NCBI RefSeq assembly: GCF_001194135.2
Contig: NC_068983.1
Location: forward strand, 59,796,226-59,860,225
Direction of reading: 5' to 3'
Length of the DNA stretch: 64,000 nt
Source: Octopus bimaculoides
Taxonomy: Eukaryota
Numbering within the stretch: the stretch's first letter is position 1; every line of letters starts with the position of its first letter. A program made the translations under genes and the position numbers. A model generated the notes under the pieces. That model saw nothing but the letters and a program-made list of their open reading frames with translations, did no database searches and was not told the origin of the DNA. Positions 25,401-38,840 of this stretch are shown here, piece by piece.

Positions 25401-26376
25401 CATCATTATTTGTTATTTTATTTTACAAACACATAAAAATTATTTGGTTATAACAGCAGTAGATTTTGAAATTATTATTTCCTTTTATTTCTGGAACTAC
25501 TAAATTAGTTTTTAAAATCAATAAATTTTTTTTATTACCACTCAAATAGCTTATTATTACTAAAACTAATTCAATTCACATTATAACAATTAATAGCCTA
25601 TACCTAATCTGTCACACTCTTCTGAACATTGGATTTACTCAACTTGGTGAAATTTTAATCTCAAGCATTGTACTTCAGGAAGCGTTGAATTTTGGAAGGA
25701 TGCAGTATCCTGACAAGTAACCACCAATATAGGTTGTTTTATTCCATGCTTCGACAGTTTTGAGCATAAAAAAACCGTTTCTGAAAGTTGTGGGTGTTGC
25801 ACATTTTTTTATATAGATGCCCACAAGTGGTCAGATATTAAATTCAAAAAGATGGCCAAAACATGTGAGAACTTTTCCTTTCATAAAAGCTCCCCTACTC
25901 CACTCTTCCAAAAGCTGCAAGAAATTATATTTCCATTTTATGTTAATTACTGTCAGTCATGCATTCTCACCTTTTCCAGCCAAATGTTGCCAGCAGTCAA
26001 AGCAATGCCTATATATTGATTGGAGTTTTATTGCCTGAAGTTAGAAAGATTTCATCATAAAGTTCTTGGGATAATCTCCAGATATCAATTTCAGATTGTA
26101 GCCATGGTTATCTTGAGATATTATTTTTATCCTAAGTCTACTTTAATTTAGTAAATCTCCAAACATTTCTTTTTGTTTTAATATTGCTTGCCATCAATGT
26201 CACCTCCACATATTGCTTGTTCTAAGATTGCTTGGAGTTACAGAAATCCCCAGATATTATTTTAGTCTAAGATCACTTGAAGTTATTGAGATTTCTTAGT
26301 ATTATTGTCCCAGAAAGCCCCCTCCCCCTGACAGTTTTGTACTTTCTATGACTCAGGGTTACAGAAATCTTTACAT

Positions 26377-26757
26377 AAGTGCAGGCATGGCTGTGTGGTA
26401 AGAAGTTTGCTTCCCAACCACATGGTTCTAGGTTCAGTCCCACTGCATGGCACCTTGGGCAACTGAGTTCAACTATAGCCTTGGGCTGACCAAAACCTCG
26501 TGAGTGGATTTAGTATACAGAAACTGAAAGAAGTCTGTCGTATGTGTGTGTGTGTGTCTTTGTGTTTGTTCCCCACCACTGCTTGACAACCAGTGTTGGT
26601 GTGTTTACATCCCAATAACTTAGCAGTTCTCAAATGTGACTGATAGAATAAGTACCAGGCTTAAAAGAAAAAGTAGTGGGATTGATTTTTTTCAACCAAA
26701 ATGACTCAAGGCTGTGTCCCAGCATGGCTTAACGATTGAAAGAAGTAAAGGATATAC
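26377..26757 (+). mobile_element. Composite SINE family B with module X (reference copy)
   Basis: A box tggctgtgtgg (26388-26398), B box ggttcagtccc (26431-26441), CORE-like ggcaccttgggcaa, (TG)n, and module X ending gaaagaagtaaaggata. Confidence 0.8.
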
Positions 26758-26861
26758 AGTTTTAAGTGTAAATTTGCTTGCAGTACAGTTTCTTCAAACC
26801 TCTCTGACTTTCTATCTCTATCTCTCCATATATATGCATATATATATATATGACTGGCCTT

Positions 26862-27057
26862 CGTCCCTGTGGCACGTAAAAGCACCCACTACACTCTTGG
26901 AGTGGTTGGCATTAGGAAGGGCATCCAGCTATAGAAACTCTGCCAAATCAGATTGGAGCCTGGTGCAGCCATCTGGTTCGCCAGTCCTCAGTTAAATCGT
27001 CCAACTCATGCTAGCATGGAAAGCGGACGTTAAACGATGATGATGATGATGATGATG
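26862..27057 (+). mobile_element. Well-preserved RTE-type 3' tail ending in (GAT)n
   Basis: ggcacgtaaaagcacccactacactc...ggcattaggaagggcatccagc...gcatggaaagcggacgttaaacgatgatgat, the same tail as 59075-59250. Confidence 0.8.
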
Positions 27058-27606
27058 ATATATATATATCTGTATATATATACATACATACAGAGAGAGA
27101 GAGAGAGTGGAGGGAGAAAGAAAGGAAGATATAATAAATAGATACATTATGCTCTGTACTTTCTGGTTCATATAAGAGTCTGGTATGATGGACACCAGTG
27201 ACATCTCACCACCTCATCAATATGCTTCATACGTGTACTGAGGTCTAATAACTGGTTTATTAGTCTTGCTATAGCAAAGCAGAATTATAAAATATACATT
27301 CATACACAAACCCATATACACACACACATTCACACACACATATGAATCTAATCTTCGATATTTTCAATATTAGATGGTAAACTGTGATAATGATTTGAAA
27401 ATATTTGTTTTACAACAGATAAGTGTATTATCTCAATAAGGTTTTTTAATTAAACAGAGCTAACTCAATATTCTAATGAATTTTGTGGATGTATAATATA
27501 ATTTTTGCTTTAAATATAAATTTTCTTTACACTCCATCTCTCTCAATTTTCTCTGTTGCTTATATAATGATGATGATGACGATGATGATGATGACGACGA
27601 TAATAC

Positions 27607-27640
<34 letters not shown>

Positions 27641-29060
27641 CTTGATATGAAAATAAAATATATATTTCATGCACTCCTCTTTCACTTTTTTCTACAAATA
27701 TTATAATCCTCTATTTCATAAATTATTATTCTCTTTAAGCAGGAAATCATGAAATTAAAATAATAAAAATCAATCAAGCCAAAACTCTTTGAACTAAATT
27801 TTTATAATCATATCATTGACCCACAGCAACATAATTTTATGTAGAAATAAAAAAATTTTAAATTTTCTATTTATAATAAAGACATTTTGGTGAGATGAAA
27901 CAATTATACATTTTTATTGTTGCATGAACATATTAAATTACCAGCTTTGTAATTACAATAAATCAACTTCCTTTTTTTTTTTTTTGGTATCTAGTGAAGG
28001 AGACTCTATGATTCAATTTTCAGGGAAATAAAACATTTTTCCAGATCAAAGATAACGCGTAAAGTGCTGTTCAGCTTTAACTGAACATCTAAATATCCCT
28101 GCATACAAATCCTCATCATTTCCTAATAAACAAGCTCTTGTGGAATTAAAACTTTGTGTCAATGATCTCGTAAAGAGTGGTGCCATCTAAAGAAATAGAT
28201 TCGTGTTGAAATTAGTAATCATTCATCCCAGAACTCTTTTAATTTAAATTAGAATTTCTCAACTGCTGGTTTTATAATTACTAATGGATTGTTTCATCTT
28301 TAGCTTAAAGGATAGGCTCCTAATTTTTCCAAATATTCTTCTGCCTTTTTCCATCGATTTCCATTCATTGGAAATTTTTATGTTAAATTTTTATTATCTC
28401 TTTTTGAAGCTTCAGGAAGTATACTCATGTTTAAATTTACGAGAAATACAATGAAAGGAAAACTAATACAACAATTGTTTTGTTTGGGGTTATTTTTACA
28501 ATCTTTTCACATTTCCAACTTCCAAATTCTTTTGGATATTCAATCAATTAAATGTATTATTTCAAATTATTTCTGAATTATTACCATATTTAATTTTCAA
28601 AGTACAGAATTTTATATACACATCTGTTCGATACTTCAAACTATTACTATATAATAGTAACTGATATAAATATTAGTTATTTAGGAATTTGATAAAAGTT
28701 AAGCCATATTTCCTATTATTATCCCATGTTGGCAATAGTATATTTCCAAAGTTTGTTCATCTTATGACAGGTAACTCTTTAGTTTTAAAATAATTTATGA
28801 AATTATTTAGCTTCCACTAATGGTATTTATTTTAATCTTGTGAATTTATAAGTGATAATGTTCTTTTCTTCAGTTGTCTTTGAAATAGATAAGAACATTT
28901 ATGTTTTAATAGCTCTCAATAAAATAAAATGCAGTCTTTGGAAAACTTCGATTTAATTGTATCCTATTTAGTATGATTTTTGAAAATGATACAATCATCA
29001 GTCTTTGATTAGGATTCTGGAAACATTTACAAATAATTCTGTGGCCAATTTACATGTGGA

Positions 29061-29203
29061 ATGGCTGTGCGGTTGAGAAGCTTGCTTCCTTAACCATGTG
29101 GTTTTGGGTTCAGTACTACTACGCAGTATCTTCTACTGTAGCCCCAAGCCAACCAAAGCATTGTGAGTGGATTTATTAGATGGAAACTGGAAGAAGTCCA
29201 TCA
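29061..29203 (+). mobile_element. Head of SINE family B
   Basis: atggctgtgcggttgagaagcttgcttcc...gggttcagt...gaaactggaagaagtccatc. Confidence 0.7.
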
Positions 29204-29204
29204 C

Positions 29205-29391
29205 AATGTAACCTCGTGGGCATCGGTACCATTTTCCTCTTTCTCTGTTCTTCCATTCTCCGAACTTTCCATCTTTCCGATGAAGGGCTACGCCCGAAAC
29301 GTCATACACTCTCTCTTTCCTTTCCTGAGCGTCCAATAACACTATCCGTATCACGTCCTCACTTTGTTGTTTTTTTGTTATTGTTTTTTTT

Positions 29392-29395
<4 letters not shown>
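29205..29395 (+). mobile_element. Penelope-like terminal (pLTR) remnant carrying a minimal hammerhead-like motif
   Basis: A pyrimidine-rich, CpG-retaining segment containing ccgatgaagggctacgcccgaaacgtc (29277-29303), the NUGAUGA-stem-GAAACGUC arrangement known from PLE termini, followed by a T-rich end and (TA)n. Confidence 0.6.
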
Positions 29396-29434
<39 letters not shown>

Positions 29435-29510
29435 GTATATATGTGTATGTGTATTTATATATGTGTGTGTGTGTGTGTGTGAATGTATGTATGTATGTGT
29501 GCGTTTATAA

Positions 29511-29537
<27 letters not shown>

Positions 29538-29542
<5 letters not shown>

Positions 29543-29850
29543 TCTAAATGGTTGATATGGAAGACAGAGAGTACTAGAAACTTTATTTATCACAATTACC
29601 ATTTCGGCATACTTCTGCACTGCTCCCTAGTGGGTGGGGAACAATATAATGAAATTGAATGCACCCAACAGTGCAGAAAGAAGCCTATTATGTCACCTGA
29701 TGAGGTTTCTTCTGCACTGTGGATTGCATTCAATTTCATTATGTCATTTCCCACCCACGAAGGAACAGAGCAGAAATATGCCAAAACGATCATTGGGATA
29801 AATAAAGTTTCCAGTACACTCTGTCTTCCTTATCAATCATTTAGAATATA
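29538..29850. repeat. Foldback inverted repeat (arms 29538-29686 and 29703-29850, 16-nt spacer), probably a TA-target MITE
   Basis: The left arm tatattctaaatggttgatatggaagacagag... matches the reverse complement of the right arm at about 85% by eye. The ORF track independently shows [17 protein letters not shown] on both strands. Confidence 0.9.
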
Positions 29851-30036
29851 CTCAACATGCACCAAGGAATTCTTAACATAGATCCAGTGACCAAACTCCA
29901 TTTACCACAGATGATGCCTTGTAGCCATTAGTGGTGAAAGTGTTCTGCCAACATACTAATAGGAACATAGCCAAAATAAGGTTTGGATGCTAAATTTTAA
30001 AACATCACATCTAAATTTTAATTTTAATTATGACAG

Positions 30037-30112
<76 letters not shown>

Positions 30113-30117
30113 ATGTT

Positions 30118-30365
30118 TCTGTGTACTCTCATCTCAGCATTGCATAATGATTATAAATGAGTATCACTATCATACAAATGGTGTTGTTCATTTTAAGTTT
30201 TCTGTGTAAAACATGTCTGGCCAAGGGAAAATATTACCTTGCTTGGAAACGGAGGAGGATTGGCAACAGGAAGTGCATCCAGCTGTAAAAAATCTGTCTT
30301 AACAAATTCTATTTGGCCTATGTAAGTGTGGAAAAACTAGCATTATAATTTTGATGATGATGATT
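30118..30365 (+). mobile_element. SINE module Y (RTE-tailed) following (TG)n at 30043-30108
   Basis: catgtctggccaagggaaaatattaccttgcttggaaac...aggaagtgcatccagctgtaaaaaatctg...gatgatgatgat. Confidence 0.7.
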
Positions 30366-31064
30366 ATTGTTGATACAAACCACTAATTTAGTGTGATATT
30401 AGTAATCTTAAAAATGTCTTGTGTAAATCTCATTTTGATTTATGTCTGTCATCTGTCATTTTGCTATACATCTGTATCTTTGTATATTTGTCAACAGGGA
30501 AGTCTGTGTTTAAATATAAATCAGAATACTATGGCCCTTGTTTATAAGATAACAGCTGGGTAAATCATTAGAATCTAGATCTGCCAATTGACTGTTTAAT
30601 AGTTTGTTATTCATCAACATCAATACTTTTCAAGAAGAGGATCAGTAGACCACTCATCTGCAAGAAGTCAAAGCATACAGCTGCATGAATATAGTATTAT
30701 TTCATAATAATGTTGTGCTGAATTCAAATCCTCTTATAGGCAAAACCCTTGAAAAGCCAGTGTTCTTCTACTGAGCCAAAACTGTCATAGTCACTGACTA
30801 CTGTAAAACATGAAACAAGCTTAAGCTTTAGCACACATTCTCTGTTACATAAGATGCTGTCAGCCACAGAGTGATCACTATTATTTGTATGGGGCTGGGG
30901 TGGAAATCCTACTCAAGGTAAGTTTAGCCTACAGTCCTCCTAATACTCCAGAACCACTTTTATGTTATTAATATCCAAAATATTCTTCATTTTAGTTATG
31001 TACTGATTACATCACAAAATAAAAAAAAAGTCATTTAATGAATTATTTTATATACATCAATAGG

Positions 31065-31225
31065 ATGGCCATGTAGTTAAGAAGTTCACTTCCCAACCAT
31101 GTGGTTTTGAGTTCTGTCCCTCTGCATGGCACTATGAGCAAGTGCTTTCTATTATAGCCCTGGTCTGACCAAAGTATTGTAAGTGGTGGATTTGGTTGAC
31201 TGAAACTGAGAGAAATCTATCATAT
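31065..31225 (+). mobile_element. Head of SINE family B
   Basis: atggccatgtagttaagaagttcacttcccaaccatgtgg...ctgaccaaagtattgtaagtgg...gaaactgagag. Confidence 0.65.
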
Positions 31226-31759
31226 TTATGTTTATATAAGTGTTTTTGTATTTCTTCCTATTTTTATGTATCTTTGCTAGTTATAAACAATGGCCTGGAA
31301 AGCAAATGGTATTTTTTACTTACAGTCTTCCACAAAAGCATGTCCAGGCTTCTTATAAAGTTGTGAGATGTTGCACAGCCTTTGAAAACAAACAGCTATC
31401 CACACAGTGTAGTTTATTTCTAGTTTGATGTGTAACCATGTCTGAGCTGTCGTTCAATACACTGGGCAGTTATTACCTCACTTGAGAACAGACAGGGATT
31501 GGTATCAGAGAGGGCATCTCTACCCTGACCTATTCCAGCCTAACCCAAGCAAGGATGGAAAATTTGATATTGAAACAATGATGATAATGATGATCAGTAG
31601 TCAACATGTTGCTATCAAACAACTGCTGTTGTTGTTGAGTTCCAATTCCAAGCCTACCTTGACCCAGTAAACCTGTAATCAAAGACATTCTATCTAGACC
31701 CATCCTGTTTTTTTGTGCCCCAGAGACTACATTGTCCAATGTTCCAATGTATCCATCAA

Positions 31760-31920
31760 TGGATTGGATTGTCTATGTTCAGTCTGCTGCAGGACAAAGG
31801 CCTCAGCATCTTCTTTCCTCCAACCATAGTCTGATGTGGAGGCCGTGAGTTTGAGCTTGAGATCATATTGGTTTAATGAGCTTTCTCTGCCACACTGACT
31901 CAACATGGCTTAGCAGAGAG
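31760..31920 (-). mobile_element. 3' end of a second RTE-clade LINE family
   Basis: The minus strand ...ggttggaggaaagaagatgctgaggcctttgtcctgcagcagactgaa gives AEAFVLQQT, resembling the EAFVLQWT terminus of RTE ORFs. Confidence 0.4.
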
Positions 31921-31954
31921 ATGCAGCATTTTTTATTTTATACTCTTACCCAGG

Positions 31955-32130
31955 AATAGCTAAGTCAATTACATCAACCCCATTACTCGTCTGGCACTTA
32001 TTTTATTGACCCTCCCCCAACCCCAAAGGATGAAAAACAAAGTCAGCCTTGGCAGAATTTGAACTCAGAACATAAAGACAGACAAAATACTGCTAGGCAT
32101 TTCACCTGGCATGCTAACAATTCCATCATT
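31955..32130 (-). mobile_element. SINE family C
   Basis: Reverse complement gaattgttagcatgccaggtgaaatgcctagcag...ttctgagttcaaattctgccaagg... Confidence 0.7.
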
Positions 32131-32589
32131 AACATGGTAAAAAGGGTGAGATTTGAAGGAAAACTGGCTGCTATCTCTTGCAAACTGAACCACTGTGGAG
32201 ACATTTCCATGTGTATAGTACCTTTGTTTGTTGATATTACTAATCGACTAACATTTAACAAATTTACTTATCTTCACCAGATAAAACCATTAAATTAGCA
32301 TGCAAAGCAAACAAATATTGTACAAGCAGAAATAAATAAATCCCCTAAGGCAGCCAAAAATGGTCTCCTTTAATTACTATATCCTATATGTTGAAGTCCT
32401 TGATAGTTTTTGGAATACTCCTGTCAATTGAAAGCCATTTAATATCAGAGCTTTACTTGATAATTTGTCATCACTCAAATATTATGTGACTGTAAACATA
32501 CATTAGGAACTTTTCTTTTTATCTTTCACTAAAATCCACAATGTTCAGCCAGACGAAGATCTTAAATTTCTCTGATCTAATAAAAGGCC

Positions 32590-33320
32590 AAAGTTAGCAG
32601 TAGTGGAGGAAGTTCTGATAGTGCAGTTGCTAGGATAAGAATAGGCTGAGTGAAGTTCAGAGAGCTTCTACCTTCCTCAGAGTGAAAGGCAGATTGTATG
32701 ATACTTGTGTACATACAGCTATGTTACATGGCTATATGATACTTTTGTACATACAGCTATGCTACATGGCAGTGAAACAGGCTTTGGCTACAGAGGACTT
32801 GTGAAGGCTTGAAAGAAATGAAGCTAGCATACTCTGCGGGATGGGTAATGTCAGTATGCATGCACAACAGTGTAAATGATTTTAAGAGGAAAACTGGATA
32901 TAAGTAAGAGAAACCAGATGTTGCTTGCAAGAGAGATAACTGTACTGGTTTAGTTAGGTGATGCGTATGAACAAGGATAGCTGTGTAAAGAAGTGCCAAT
33001 CTCTACTTGTGGAGGTTACCTGTGGAAAGGGTAGACTCAAGAAGACATGGGATGAAGTGTGAGAAAGGATCTTCAGACATTGGGTCTCATTGAAGAAATG
33101 ACAAGAGCCCAGGAGATGTGGCAATTTGCTGTACATGATAAGACACATCAAGCTAAGTAAAATCGCTGTCTTCTACACATACAGGCTTGTCCTTTCAGGT
33201 GTTGGTGCCACTTAAAAAGCACCTGTGCCAGAGCTGCATTAATTCACCTGTGCTGGTGCTATATACATGCATCCATGTTGGTGGCACATAGAAAGCATCC
33301 AGCACACTCTGCTAAGAGCT
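32590..33320 (+). mobile_element. RTE LINE 3' fragment (same family as 8345-8870 and 58450-59255) with an internal tandem duplication of about 37 bp
   Basis: Decayed VSSSGGSSDSAVARIRIG*VKFRELL...LRVKGRLYDTCVHTAMLHG...CQSLLVEVTCGKGRLKKTWDEV. The unit tatgatacttgtgtacatacagctatgttacatggc is duplicated at about 32697-32769. Confidence 0.85.
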
Positions 33321-35192
33321 TGATCATATGCAGTAAGCAGTCAGTTGTCTCTCTCAGCAACTGGTTAGAACTTATGCAGTCATGCACAAGACACTTTCGT
33401 ATATACACAAGGCTCATCTTTTAGCTGAAAAAATCCTTCATACAAAGGCATTACTTTCAAGTTAACCAATTCGTATTTTAGTGATTTTTGCCCCTTAAGA
33501 TAACCTCTCAGGGTCTAGCACTTGGCATCACCTGTTTTACACTAGTCACAAGTTTTGAAGCGGGAATATAGAGAAATAAAATGAAAGTAATGCCATGTTT
33601 TTTAGTCAGGTTTGATAACAGATCTAACAATCTTATACTGTTGGCAAAGGTCACAAATATTTGAGAGCAGATACAATTGTTGGTGAGTGCATACTTTATT
33701 GATGCTAGAAAAATGAGAGGCAAAGTCAACTTCAGTGAAATTCAAACCCAGAATATAAATGGATGAAACTAGATATTACAAAGCATCTTGTCCAATATTC
33801 TACCAATTCCAAGGATATTAAGAATTTAGATGTCTTCTCAGAGATGTGTATCATGATATCTTCTTATATCATTGTGTTGTACCTTTAAGTTTCACAGTTA
33901 AATTTCCTTAGTGAAAGAATCTAAATGCGAAATGAGTGTCCAAATTATAAAATCTTTAGAGATGTTTAATTAATCGTATTTCAAATGCAGTGGTGGGGTG
34001 GTGGTGATGTAATGGTGGTGAAGGTGCTGAAAGTGGGGGAGATGATGGTGGTGTTTAGCTATAGTTGTGGTGATGTGATTAAGTTTGTAATGTATAGAAG
34101 ATACACTGTCAATCAGTATAAGAGAGAGTGTGTATGGTCAACTGGGTTTTCAAATCTAAATACTATAATATATAGTTAACTGTTCTCAGATAGTTGAAAT
34201 TACTTCTTGAGTTACATTTACTATTTTCTTATCTTAATCTTAAACATGAGCCAAGTAAAAATCTGTAGTAAATTTTGACATCTTTTATTAGTAGATTAGG
34301 TATTTAAATGTAATTTGAAATATCTGACATGCAACCCTCTCAATTGGTGTCATTCCAACTATTAAGGAGTAATTTAATAGCCGGTCAAAGAATTCTGCCA
34401 ACTTAATCTTTTGCATTCCCTGAAGAAGTCACAGTAAATGGAATGTATTCTTTTTCTATCATTGACCTACTAAATAAATGGCTCAAAACATTATTTGACG
34501 CTAATATGTTCTGGCAGTTTTAACCGCAGTAACGGCAGAAAGTAGAAAACTGTTTTGAAATGCAAGCTGATGTGTGTAAGGTTTCCATGATTTGTATATA
34601 AAGAAAGTCATATGTCTTCATAAGAATAGTGACTAGAACTGGCTATGATGTAGTGGTGATGTTCATTGGCTTGCCAGTAATATGGCTATGGGAAAAATAC
34701 CTCAGGGGTAACTAATTGCATATCTTCTACTCCAATTTCCATTGATTAAAAGATTTTTATCAAACAGATCATATTAGAGTAATCCCCTTATTTACTTTAA
34801 AATTTTACACAGTTGTAGAGGGAGTTTTTTCAAAGTAATTGCTTAGCTAATCTCAATTGATTGAACTTTTTCCACTCACTATATTAGGTATGAGAGACCA
34901 TACCTTATTTGTATTTCCTTCACAGAATGATCCTCAAAGATATTTCCCTCAGCTATATTGTTGATAATCATAATTAGCTTCATTACATTCCATCTATCTT
35001 AATCATCATCATCACCACCCTTATTGGGTAGATTTTCTATGGCTAAAGGCCATTCTTGTCACCAACCCTCACTGGTTACCAAGCAAGATATTATTTCCCC
35101 ATGATTAGACACGTTTTCATGAGAGAGCAGAAAGGATCAACACTGTGTTTGTGTGTGCATTTGCATGTGCATATACATATATATTTATATGT

Positions 35193-35239
<47 letters not shown>

Positions 35240-35337
35240 TCATCATCATCATCGTTTAACATCCACTTTCCATGCTGGCATGAATTGGATGGTTTGACTG
35301 AAAACTGGCAAGCCAGAAGGCTGCATAGAAAGAGAGA

Positions 35338-35381
<44 letters not shown>

Positions 35382-35479
35382 CATGAATAGGCTAAGGTTC
35401 ACTGCAGCTATTTCAGATGTGTTTTTATTGATGAATAAACTGATTACATCATGAAAATTAATTATGTGTTTGTATGTTT

Positions 35480-35700
35480 TTGTGTCTGAGCTTTGCCTCC
35501 CCACCACCACTTAACAACTGGTGTCAGCGTGTTTACTTCCCTGTAACTTAGAAGTTTGGTAAAAGAGACTATTAGAATAAATACCAGGCTTTCTTTAAAA
35601 AAAAAGTGCTCAGGTCAATTGTTTAACTAAAATTCTTCAAATTTGTGCCCCAGCAGGGCCACAGTCTAATGAGTGAAACAAGTAAAAGATAAAAACATAA
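35480..35700 (+). mobile_element. SINE module X
   Basis: ccccaccaccacttaacaactggtgtcagcgtgtttacttccctgtaacttag...gaataaataccaggc...cccagcagggccacagtctaatgagtgaaacaagtaaaagataaaa. Confidence 0.7.
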
Positions 35701-35995
35701 AACAGATGCTCCTCTTATATCCATTGTGTTTCATTTCAAGACAAAACTCATTGCTGACAGCACAACAGCCACAACTTCTTCAAATGGGAAAACCACCTGC
35801 AGTAATGATATTTACTTCACAAAGCCTACAAATATGTAATCATAGCTTTTAAAAAATATACAAGATGGAAGCCGTTCATGAATATACATTGTGGCAGTTT
35901 TCAATTAACTGTAATCAGATTCACAATTTTGGTTGTAGATCTGCCTTTGAGACCCTCTATATGATCATGTGACCTGCTAGAAATTTCCCATAATT

Positions 35996-36218
35996 TTAAT
36001 CATTTTGTTACCATATTCCTGATGAAATGCACTGCCTTTGTTTCAAATAACTTTGAAAATAATGAGGAATTTAGTAAAATAATTTTGTTATTATTAAGTA
36101 GGTTTTCAGAACATAAATTAGCATGAAATTTTGATGGCAGTCTCTAATTTAGACCATTTTAAAACAGGAAGTTTGTATCATAGATGGTGTCAGGCAGTTT
36201 GGTATCTAAAGGAGTTAA
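35996..36218 (+). mobile_element. piggyBac-type MITE
   Basis: ttaatcattttgttacc ... ggtatctaaaggagttaa, with the shared body. Confidence 0.7.
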
Positions 36219-36960
36219 AGAAAGCAAGGGCACATTAAACACTGTTGTCATAGATTTCACTCTATCAAAAACATAGATGGAAAAGGCATATTCACAGTTG
36301 AACCACTGTTAATCATAGCTCAGTTCTGTCAGAGCTAGCCAGGGGCTAAATAACATTTTGTTACAAACTTTTTTCTTCTCTTTTCAATAATTTTAGAAGC
36401 ATATCAAGCCAATTTGATATTCTAAGCAGTGAAATATGCTAAGGTCATCCCTTTAGGGGTATTAAAATCAGCTAAAAGAATATAGCCTTGCTGATTAGCT
36501 TAAATTGTATAGCTTCCTATTTGGTTAAGTTGTGACAAAAGCAAATCACCATTCAACTCAACTTTCATGTTTTATACCTTATTGACTATTGAGAAAGATT
36601 TCGCTAGTTCTATCCTTCTAGTACACTTCTCTGAAATTGTTCACAGACGTAACAATTAACAATTAGTTCAGGCTTTTTTCTTTCTTTCTGTCTTTCTTTC
36701 TTTTTCTTTCTTTCTTTCTTTCTTCCTTTTTTTATTTTCTCTTTCCAAATGTCAAAAGCCAGAATGACTGACCAATTTTTTTTATTAAATAAAGATAGAA
36801 AGAAAATCTTTTCATATCAATCTGCAACATTTTACGTGTAGACAAATGCTGAAGAATTTTTACCATTCCAATTTAACAAATTTTTTTCTCCTTTCTTTTT
36901 CCTTCTCACTTCCTCTCTTTTTTACTTTGTATATTTTTAGTCATTCTCTTTATGATGTAA

Positions 36961-36994
<34 letters not shown>

Positions 36995-36997
<3 letters not shown>

Positions 36998-37385
36998 GTC
37001 TCAGGTTCAGCCACACTGTGTAGCACCTTAGACTTGAGTAAGTGTCTTCTACCACAGCTCCAGGACAATCAAAACCTTTTTTCAGACAGAAACTGAAAGA
37101 AGCTCATTGTGTGTGTGTATGTGTGCACATGTGCATGTATTTAAATTAATGTGTGTGTGTGTTCATGTTTATGTATACACACATCATGTGAAGGTTGTAA
37201 ACAAGCATCACCATCATACAAGCAGTGTTGTTTGTTACTGGTCTTCTGTAAAAAAACACGTTTGGGGAAAATATGTGAGAGTTGGTGACAGGAAAAGCAG
37301 CTGGCTCTAAAAAATCTGCCTTGACAAATTTCATCTTAGTCAAGCAAGCTTAGCAAATTGGCCATTTAATGATGAGGAAAATGAT
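36995..37385 (+). mobile_element. Composite SINE family B with module Y
   Basis: Head fragment, TG repeat, and module Y ending ttaatgatgaggaaaatgat. Confidence 0.6.
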
Positions 37386-38439
37386 ACTGATGACACACAC
37401 ACACACACACACATTTACTTATCTGTTTATACTTTGTGCCATCTAGTCAGAACAACTGGTAAATCTAATCTGTAGGATTTTGTTCGGTAGGATATACTGA
37501 AGGAATTTCCCATTGTGTTTGAATGTCATGAAACAATGCTATGAATTCTCTGAGATGATCCAACATAAAGAATATCTATTAAGTAATAATGTATTTTAAC
37601 AAAAAAGAAAATACCCAGAATCCTCTTTCTAAGTGTTTTTAACACACCAGAGTTCATCTTGAAGTTAATACCTTGATTTGTCATCCACTCTTTTAAATGT
37701 TATTCATAAAGAGTTGTTTCTTTTTAAATCCAAATACAAAATCTCCTAAGAGCTTTTATACAAAATTATAATGAATAATGTATAGAATATTCCTTTGTAA
37801 ACTCTTCAAATGTAAAAATAAAAATAAAAATTAAGGCTACTCTTTTGAATCCCCACAAGATTACATAATTATATTTCTATGGTACTCATTAATCTTTACT
37901 TCTAGTATGTTTGTATTGCTGGATATCAAATTATAATGTATTTTATTGTCATAATGGTTATTCTTTTTAAATATTTCCATTTTAAAATTGTAAGTTTACA
38001 TAGAATCTGATTTTATTCTGTTATATTATTTTATGGCATTTAAAATAAATATCTCCATAATCTTACTTCTTTCTAGAGATTTTGTAATTTCATAAACTTT
38101 CTGGCTTTTCAATACATACAACAACCATACCATATAAAAGCAGATGCAAAAGCAGCTAATTTTTATAGTCTAATAACATTTTGAATCGAAGATTTTTGCA
38201 GCAAAGCCACTTACAATGAAATACCCCAACTCTCTTCATACTTCCAGACATACCCTATCCTACTCACCAGTTCCCATACTAAACCCATATTCGGTATATA
38301 AAACTCAGAGCTACATCCCTGTTGAAAGACATCTCTCCTTCATCTATGTCTTCAGTTTAATTTAACAAAATAAAATCACTGACTGATCAAATTTCATATA
38401 AACAAGTAAACAAGTTCAGTAGACACAAGTATGGTTGCA

Positions 38440-38710
38440 TGGTTAAGAAGTTCACTTCCCAATCACATGGTTTCAGGTTCAGTCCCACTGTGTGGCACCA
38501 AGAGCAAGTGGTTTTTACAACAGCCCTGAGCTGACCAAAACCTTATAGGCACAGATATAGCTGTGTGGTTAAGAAGTTCACTTCCTAAGTAAATGGCTTC
38601 AGGTTTAATCTCACACAGTCACACCTTTGATAAATGTCTTCTGCTATAGTCCCAGGTTGATCAAAGCCTTGTGTGTGGATTTGGCTGACAGAAACTAAAA
38701 GATGCTTGTC

Positions 38711-38750
<40 letters not shown>

Positions 38751-38840
38751 TGGTCAGTGTCTCCTTGACATCGCATGATGATTGTAAAGGAGTGTCACTG
38801 CCATACAAGCAAGTGTCATTCATTTCCAATCTTCTGTAAG
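38440..38840 (+). mobile_element. Two tandem family B heads, (TG)n and partial module Y
   Basis: atggttgcatggttaagaagttcacttcccaatcac... at 38451 and atagctgtgtggttaagaagttcacttcc... at 38557. Confidence 0.7.
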
